Origin: Balanoglossus misakiensis
Lineage: Eukaryota > Animalia > Hemichordata
DNA: 64,000 nucleotides
Direction of reading: 5' to 3'
Assembly (NCBI GenBank): GCA_040954595.2
Contig: CM082578.2
Coordinates: forward strand, 974,831 to 1,038,830
Both the position numbers and the translations under genes were made by a program. The notes below the pieces were generated by a model, which was not told where the DNA came from, ran no database searches, and saw nothing but the letters and a program-made list of their open reading frames with translations. This document shows, in pieces, positions 56,301 through 64,000 of the stretch (positions within the stretch are counted from its first letter, which is position 1; the number at the start of each line of letters is the position of its first letter).

Positions 56301-59300
56301 CATCACATTCGCGCATCCAGCTAGTCCTATGCACCTCTGAGAATCTCTATATTAAGAATATATATGCCTGTACATATATAGAGTGTCTACTGTGTAGACA
56401 CTGGAGGAATATTTTATACTACGGTAATTATTGTACTTGTAAGCTTTGTGTGTATTGGTGTCATGTATTTATATATATTTTTCTGTGGGCCTGGAGCCTG
56501 ATTCAAATCAACCCAAACAATACAAAAAGGAAAAATAAATAACTGATTTATTTTTTGAGTCAAAGTGTAAGACTTCATTAGGTGTTCAATGCCTCCAATT
56601 GCCGAAGCTGTATCTGCTGTGGATGCCAAGATATGTGAAAGTAAGTCAAAGGTCAGCAAAGGTCACCCGAAATTTTACTGGTCCATATCCAGCAAAAAAC
56701 GTACCTCTACCTACTATTTAGCCTTTAATTAGATATGTGCGAATTAATGAGGTCAGGTGTAAGACTCCATTAGGTGTTCAATCCCTCCAAATGCCAAGGC
56801 TGTATGTGCTCTGGATGCTGTGATATGAGAAAGAAGGTCAAAAGTCTCCTGAGGTAACCAGCAAATACCAAGGCTGTATCTGCTGTGGATACCGAGATAT
56901 CGGAAAGTAGGTCAAACGTCACATCAGGTGAGCCAAAATTTGGTCTTAAAATTTTTACCACAGAATGGTCTATGTCCAACAAAAACTAAACCTCCAACCC
57001 GATTGGTTAGCTTGGAATTAGATATGCAGAAAAATGATGTATCGGAAATAGGCCCAACAAAAACCAGACCCCAAGCTCTATTGGTTCGCCTAGAATTAGG
57101 TATGTGCTTAATTAATGAGGTCTTGTGTAAGACTCCATATGTGCTCCATCGGCCCCCCAAAAGCCAGGACTCTAACTGCTGTGGATGCTGAGATATGGGA
57201 AAGTACATCAAAGGTCATCCAAGGTCACCCAAAATTTGAGCCTAAAATTTTGACCCCAGAGTGGGCCATGTCCAACTAAAACCAGACCTCTAGCCCTATT
57301 GGTTAGCCTGGAATTAGATATGCAGAAAAATGATGTTTCAGAAAAAGGTCAAGGGTCATTGCCAAAATTACCAAAATATTTGTGTCATGTCCTGGCAGCA
57401 TTGGTACCCATGTCCACAAAATTCATGACTGTGGTGCTTTGACAAGAGGAGGTATGGGGAATATGCATATATAATTAGTTGTTTTAAAACTGGGTCAAAG
57501 GTCATGTGAAAATTGCCCCAAAAAATTGTGACAACTTCCGGTCATATGATGACTCATATCCAAAAAAAGAATTTCCGTGCTGTCAACATTTTGGCTACAA
57601 AACGGAATTTTCATTTTTCGATTGTTTTCCGAAAATCCAACATGGCCGCCATAATGATCGACCAATCACAATGTGCTTCGCAAACTTGATAGACATAGGT
57701 TAGGTGACCAGATACCCCGAATCCCGTGACTAGGCCATTGCTGGTTCTGGAGAAGAAGATTTTTAAAGTTTTAAGTAGTTTTTCAGAAAAGAAATTGTAG
57801 CAAAAAAACTTTATGTATGACGTCATGATTTTAATGGGGTAAAATGATGGACAGAAGGTAGGCTACCTGCACACCAAATTTGAACTTGATCCGCCCAGTA
57901 GTTTTTGAGAAGGACTCATTTAACGATTTTCAGGAAATCCAATATGGCCGCCAGGTCACGTGACTAATTAAATATTCACAAGCCACTGCACGTCTACTCA
58001 TTGGCCCCTATCACCCTACCGATTTTCAGCCCCCTAGGTGCTGCGGTTTTCCAGATCTACCTGGCCGATTATTTGCAGAAGAAGAATAATAATTAAAGCT
58101 GCAAGCAGCGTTGGCGGGGCACAAGCGGTTCCCATGGTAACCAGCAAATGCCAAGGCTGTATCTGCTGTGGATGCCAAGATATGGAGAAAGTAGGTCAAA
58201 GGTCACCTGAGGTCACCCCAAATTTGGGGAAAACAGTTTGACACTGTACAGGTCCATGTCCACCAAAAACCCAACCTCTAGCTTGTGGTTAGCTTGGAAT
58301 GAAATATGTGCATAATTAATGAGGTATTGTGTAAGACTCCATTATGTGCTCAAATTCCCCAAATGCCAGGGCTTTATCTGTTCTGGTACCCATGTCCACA
58401 ATAATCAAACATATACCTGCATTTGTTGGTGTAGTATATTAGACATGTGCATATAATTAAAAAAGCGCTGAAACAATGTGAAAATTGGAGTGCAAAGTTT
58501 GCTTCTATACCTATTCAGGCTATTCAAATACCAAATTAAATTGTGCCTGCATGTGTTCATAAACGTTTAAATATGCTTGACATCCATTAGTGGTATGAAC
58601 TTTCGCTCGTTCACTCGTACAACTATTTTGGTGTTTTTATTATTAGCTCTTTTGTTGATGATGATGACATTAAGTGACAAATGCGTTAAATATGTATTTG
58701 TGACAACTTTCTTTCAAGAATAGTTGTTCACTGTTCTACCCAGGTGAATACGAGACTATTTCAGTCATTTTGCAGAAATTTATACTGCTTCCAGCTGTGG
58801 TCTATCTTTACAGGTACTAACAACAATTTCCGTGCCCAATAACAATTGTTTCAGAAGGCTGAATGTTTATGCCTGTACATATATAAATTCACTACAGTGC
58901 ATACACTGGAGAAATATTTTAAACTCATTTCTGTATTGAAAACCTTTTGGACGGTGCATACATGTATCTGTGTCATGTATATTTTTCTATAACCTTACCT
59001 GATTCAAATAAATGAAATGAACATCATAAAAGCAGACCTTTTTGGTAGCTTAATCATAAAATAAGGGATGATCATAATAATTGGAATTCAATAAGGTCAG
59101 GTTCATCCAAAATAAGTTTCAGTGCCAGATACATAGTGCAAAGTCCATGAACTGCCAATTTGCCCACCCACTGTATATATAGGCTCCTATACCGCTCAGC
59201 GCCACCAACGGAAGAATGGAGAGAAGAGATTTTCATTCACGTTGATCTTATCATTAGATGTTTGCACCAAAATATAATAAATGAGCAATGATAACGATGG

Positions 59301-59842
59301 GGAAATTAATTATATGTTGATTGAAACATAACAGTCATCGCAAGTGTAACAACGAACTCGTTTATTTGAACGTCTTGGGCGGAAGTGACGTACAAAAGAA
59401 AGGCAGAATACCAATGTTTGGGGGCGCTATACCAATTACAGCCACACTCTATACTGAACTACTGGTGAGTATTATTTTGTAAAGCCCGTCTTTCGAAAAT
59501 TAGTTTTAGATAAGCGATCCCGATGTTTCAAGGCACGAAAGATATATGACACTGTGCGGGAAGATGTTGGGTTATGAGTACTTGATGGCCATCATCGAAG
59601 TTTAATTCGATTGTGTGAAATTATTGACGATTCTTTTCGATCGCTGACACAGCTGCCTAAAAAGTAGGGTTAGGGACTTAGGGTAAAAATAGAATCGCGA
59701 CCACCACATGCGGTCTGCAGGTGAGTTTGTTTTGGTTCTTTCTTGAAACGTGCAGCTTTTTGGATGAAATAATACATTACAGAACCCAGCAAAACTGTAA
59801 GTATCTGTGCAAATGGTTCGCTATGTAATCGAAGGGAAATCC

Positions 59843-59937
59843 TTAGCTGCAATGATTGTAGCGGGTGCTGCTAGGTTGACTGATGCTGCGAACACACCAG
59901 TCAACCTAGCAGCACCCGCTACAATCATTGCAGCTAA
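59843..59937. repeat. Copy of the 40-bp perfect inverted repeat
   Basis: Same as 42804-42898 at offset 17039. Confidence 0.95.
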
Positions 59938-60821
59938 TAAACACATTCTCAGTTTTGTACATTTCATATTAGTGTCATTGAGGAAGAAATTGCAGTTATA
60001 TTTAACCTTGGGAATATGTTCAAGAAGCAACGAATTGTAGTTTTAGCTGTGAATTGAATAATTCATTTCTATAGTCTATTAGAGGTATATGCATAGATTG
60101 CAAATAGTATTGCTGGGTATTCTTATGTTGCATTTAGACTACAATGCTGCACAAGTAGAATGAACCACAACAAAGTCACCAGGGTGAAGTGTTCATGACA
60201 TACTGTAAAACAGGTCATTGGCATGACATGAAATTTTTGCTATATCAAAAGAAGCAACTGTTACGTGAGGATTAATTTTTGCTTGGTTTCATGTCTGTTC
60301 GTGTGCCAGTTTAGTTGAGTGTGTGGCACATATGTGAATGTTGGTATATACAGCCTGTGCACAGTGTATATAATTGCACCATGTGATTGCGTGTGTTTGG
60401 ACCTTTGCACCTCTTTGATGCCTGTCCGTCTGTGTGCTAGTTCATCAGAGTGTGGATGCGTGTGTGTAGGTATGTCTATGTATCATGTGTTTGCATCTTT
60501 TTCTGAATCTTTGTCTGCATGTCTTTGTTGATTCATGTATGTCTGGAACTCCTGTCTGTGTGCAAGTTTATCAAAGTGGGTGTGTGTGGCTAGGTATTAG
60601 TACTACATGTACCCTTTGTTTATGTTCGGGGTGTGCACTGTCAGCCGTTCTGGATTGGCTGTGTAAATTGTATATGTACATTGAATGATTTTTGTGTCAC
60701 TATGCATGGTTCTATTGTGTATGCAGAAAACAATGTACTTACATGTATTTTGATATGCAGTATTCAGTCTTTGTAAAGGTGTTTGAATGTAAAGTGTGAC
60801 GATGGGGAATGGGATCACTTA

Positions 60822-61543
60822 GGGACCGTTCAGTTTTTACGGCCGGGGCGGGGGGGGGGATCAAAATCTAGGGGGGTGACTTAAGTCCAAGAGGGGGGGG
60901 GGGTCATCTGTTTTTTTAAATGTTTAGGGGGGTCACATACTTTTGCCACCGAACTTTTGCTTTTGAGTACACAAAATTGCAGTTTCACGCCCTTTATTTT
61001 ACAAAATTTTCTAATGTGGGAGGGGGACACCAACCCCCTCCATTCTCCCCCACATTGCATTTATTCGCTGGTTTGTCTAGTGTACAGGGCAGACTTCTTC
61101 CCACCCTACCCCGATGCTTCTTTTGAGTGGAGTGGCAAAATTAAAATTTGTCCTCCCTAACATTAAGTTAATTTGCTTTTGAGTTCATTAAAATGCAACT
61201 TTGAGCACTGTATTTTACCAAATTTTCTTATGTGGGAGGGGGACACCCCCGCCACTTTTCTTTTTTTACCAATTCTACCAACTATTGTATTGGATTGTCA
61301 TTTTAGTTTGTTCATTTAATTTAATGTCTAATTGAGGCGAGAGGAGCCTCATTCCATTTATTGCATACAGTGTACATAGGTTCATGTTTTCGGCATGGGG
61401 GGGGGGGGTCATCATATTTTTGGGTCTGTCAAAGGGGGGTCATCATTTTTTGGTCCTTGGTGAAGGGGGGGTCGGCCTGATTTTGAAAATCGATGACACA
61501 AACTTGCCCCCCCCCCCCCTGGCCGTAAAAACTGAACGGTCCC
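60822..61543. mobile_element. Copy of the Harbinger-type MITE
   Basis: Same TIRs and TTA duplication as 43783-44507. Confidence 0.88.
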
Positions 61544-62799
61544 TTATACTGTAAAGATTCTCATGTTATAAGGGTGGTAATTTCAATGACTCCTTTATGA
61601 TGTTATATCTGGCACTGTCTTTTATCTTTTTGTATGTGGTTGTATGTGTTTGCTTTGATTGTATTGGCGCATATACTGTAGTCTGTTATGTTTAGTGAAG
61701 ATAAAGAGGAAATGCCTGATGGAAATAGATGAACTGGATTTTATGCAGAAATAATATGCATGTATTCTGTTGGATTCAGTGGCAAACATGTACACCTATA
61801 ACCAGTAATGATAATTTATATTATTTGCTTTCTTGCAGTTTTGTATAACCAAAGATATCCCAAGGTAAGTGTGTCTGCCATGTGAAGAGACCTTCAGCAT
61901 AATGCACTGCAGTACAGTTCTGCATGTGATTCATTGCAGGTTACTTGTCATAACTCTGCTCTGACAGAGCTTATCAGATAAGACAATTGTTCATAGGTTG
62001 TCTGTCATGTGTCAACACAAGTGTTCTGTTAAATAACTAGTGCAAATGTGTTTAAATTTTATATGCATGTTTGGCCTTAGTATAGTTTTTGGAAATTGTG
62101 AAATTTGGGTATATAATTAAACCCTCTTAGTATCCAAGTGTCCAATTGCCTTGAAATGTACAGTCACTATGTGTAAATACAACAAATGCCATAATTTGAG
62201 TGGGAAATTTTTGCTGAGCTAAATTTCTTTAATCACGTCCTGTGTGAAAAAAATGTCTATAGTTTTGTTTGAGAATGGCACATGCTGTCTTACTACTTTG
62301 ACTTTATTCTATGTGCATGAAGTCAACATATGTTGGAATAGTTTCTACAGAAATGTCTACTTGTCTTACCCAGATTGCAAACAAATATTTCAAAAAGGTA
62401 AATGAGAAGAAAGTGTGATCGGCTGAATCTATGAATCTCAAACTTGGCACAATTATGTGGGCCTATGTAATTTCATGCATAACACTCTTGAATTTTTAAT
62501 TACTCACTGTAATTGTCAGCTTTGATTGGAATTTTCATATGGACCTTATTTATATTAAAATGTGGAATAAAAAATCTGTTGACAGTCCTTGTACACTACA
62601 TGTACCGGTATATGGTCAGGATCCCACATGCCAAATTTCAAGGTTGTGGACCATGTCAACAGGTTTATCCGTGACCTTGACCTACCCATAGGCCTATACC
62701 TCTACAGTGAAGCTATCACCACATTTTATTCTGGCATTCTGGTCTGTACAATAGTCCCGGACATTAAAATGTTAACAGTTATGTATTTATTGATTTCAG

Positions 62800-64000
62800 A
62801 TGCCACGCTCTAGGAACTGGAGGAAGAAGAGGAGTCAGATGAAAGAGGATGCTGCCCTCTCAAAAAACAGCTTCGATATGACAGAGGATGCTGCCCTCTC
62901 AAAAAACAGCTTCGATATGACAGAGGATGCTGCCCTCTCAAAAAACAGCTTCGATATGACAGAGGATGCTGCCCTCTCAAAAAACAGCGACGTAATCAAA
63001 GAGGATGCTGCCCTCTATAATCTCAGCGACAATACCCTTCGGGGTGCCAGCCTTCGGTGTTCGAAGGATCAAAACTGTGAAACTTCCCTTCGGGGTTCAA
63101 ACCTTCGGTGTTCGAAGGGTGAAAACTTTGAAACTTCCCTTCGGGGAACCAATGATTCTAGGGTACCTGCAAATGGTGACATTGTCACTTGTGTTAATGG
63201 AAATTTACAGATTGAGAAAGCAGTTGATATTGCACACAAGAGAAATGACAATGAATGTATTATTCAGAATGTTACCCCGAATGAATTTGTTTTCTCTCCT
63301 GTAACCACCACCATATGCCAAGAGTTATGCTGTAAGCTTCACATAAAATATGGAAATAAAGTTGAAATGCTCGATGAAATTCGTAGTGTTGAAATTGGTG
63401 AACCATGCAATATGAAGTCTATTATCGGTGATGGTAATTGTTTGTTTAGAGCTTTGTCGTATGCCATTAGTGGCAGTGAACGTAACCATGCTGTAATGCG
63501 ACAGGCCATTGTAAACCACATGATTGCAAATGACAGTGCATATTTTGGTTGGCTGGACCAAGACCAAGGATATACATCAGTTGCTGATTATATTGCAAAG
63601 TCTAGAATGAATTGCCTAACAATCTGGGGTTCCGAAAATGAGATCTTGGCCGCTGCCGATCTCTTACAAACTGACATCTATGTGTATAGTTCTGGAATAT
63701 GGCTAAGACATTATTGTAATGCAATTAATAAAAGTAATGTTGATAAAGGTGTAGGTATATACCTGAACCATCGCAACAGAGATCATTTTGAAATTGTCAA
63801 GAGTGTAAAGACACGTGAGATGGTAACATCTGACTATACACACATTGAATGTGATGAACTTGTCTCAAGTGAAGGTATGACTAATGAATTCCACAATGAG
63901 GCAGATAGTGGCAGTTGTGTTCCACTAAAGAGTCCATTGGACAAGAAAGGAAATTTCCACTTAAGTGATGAAACTGAAAGTGTTACAAAAGGAAGAGGTA
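62800..64000 (+). CDS. RepHel polyprotein of unit 2, N-terminal part (OTU domain), truncated by window edge
   Basis: ATG at 62800; matches 45764 onward and is open to the window end. Confidence 0.95.
   Translation, partial: MPRSRNWRKKRSQMKEDAALSKNSFDMTEDAALSKNSFDMTEDAALSKNSFDMTEDAALSKNSDVIKEDAALYNLSDNTLRGASLRCSKDQNCETSLRGSNLRCSKGENFETSLRGTNDSRVPANGDIVTCVNGNLQIEKAVDIAHKRNDNECIIQNVTPNEFVFSPVTTTICQELCCKLHIKYGNKVEMLDEIRSVEIGEPCNMKSIIGDGNCLFRALSYAISGSERNHAVMRQAIVNHMIANDSAYFGWLDQDQGYTSVADYIAKSRMNCLTIWGSENEILAAADLLQTDIYVYSSGIWLRHYCNAINKSNVDKGVGIYLNHRNRDHFEIVKSVKTREMVTSDYTHIECDELVSSEGMTNEFHNEADSGSCVPLKSPLDKKGNFHLSDETESVTKGRG

Larger units (their letters stand above)
41052..58090 (+). mobile_element. 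Autonomous Helentron (endonuclease-encoding Helitron), 17,039-bp unit 1
   Basis: Contains the RepHel-EN ORF, shares its ends with the HINEs, and the sequence restarts at 58091 (offset 17039, e.g. ORFs 42631/59670). Confidence 0.95.
58091..64000 (+). mobile_element. Autonomous Helentron unit 2, head-to-tail, runs off window
   Basis: Apparently identical to 41052-46964 except for G/C homopolymer lengths. Confidence 0.95.

Noticed and set aside
53330-56560. Captured host exons or an accessory gene in the Helentron 3' region
   Set aside because: AT-rich with only short ORFs and scattered splice-like sites. I could not assemble a coherent reading frame.

Overview
Repeat-dense, intron-containing eukaryotic DNA, most likely from an invertebrate animal; the species cannot be determined. 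Almost the whole window is transposons plus rearranged host-gene fragments. (1) 1-3821: decayed DIRS tyrosine-recombinase retrotransposon (gag, RT/RNase H/methylase-like, YR, ICR and right ITR) next to a Gypsy fragment. (2) A large inverted duplication, with arms ~3481/3982-21188 and 22195-34237 and a 1-kb spacer. It carries a C-type lectin exon, non-autonomous Helentrons (HINEs) and a pseudogenised SVEP1-like gene fragment. The arms differ by a 4040-bp two-gene DD37E IS630/Tc1/mariner element (paired-like transposase plus a divergent SAM/zinc-knuckle ORF), a 625-bp MITE and several deletions. (3) A further HINE cluster and a CR1/L2-type LINE fragment. (4) An apparently intact 17,039-bp autonomous Helentron (2373-aa OTU-Rep-helicase-endonuclease ORF) followed head-to-tail by a near-identical second copy. 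The most striking pattern is that Helentron bodies are chained at one fixed junction position, while their ~53-bp hairpin end modules are stacked in heterogeneous arrays of 16, 12 and 4 units. This suggests site-specific self-nesting that leaves an ordered record of earlier insertions. All alignments and counts were made by eye.
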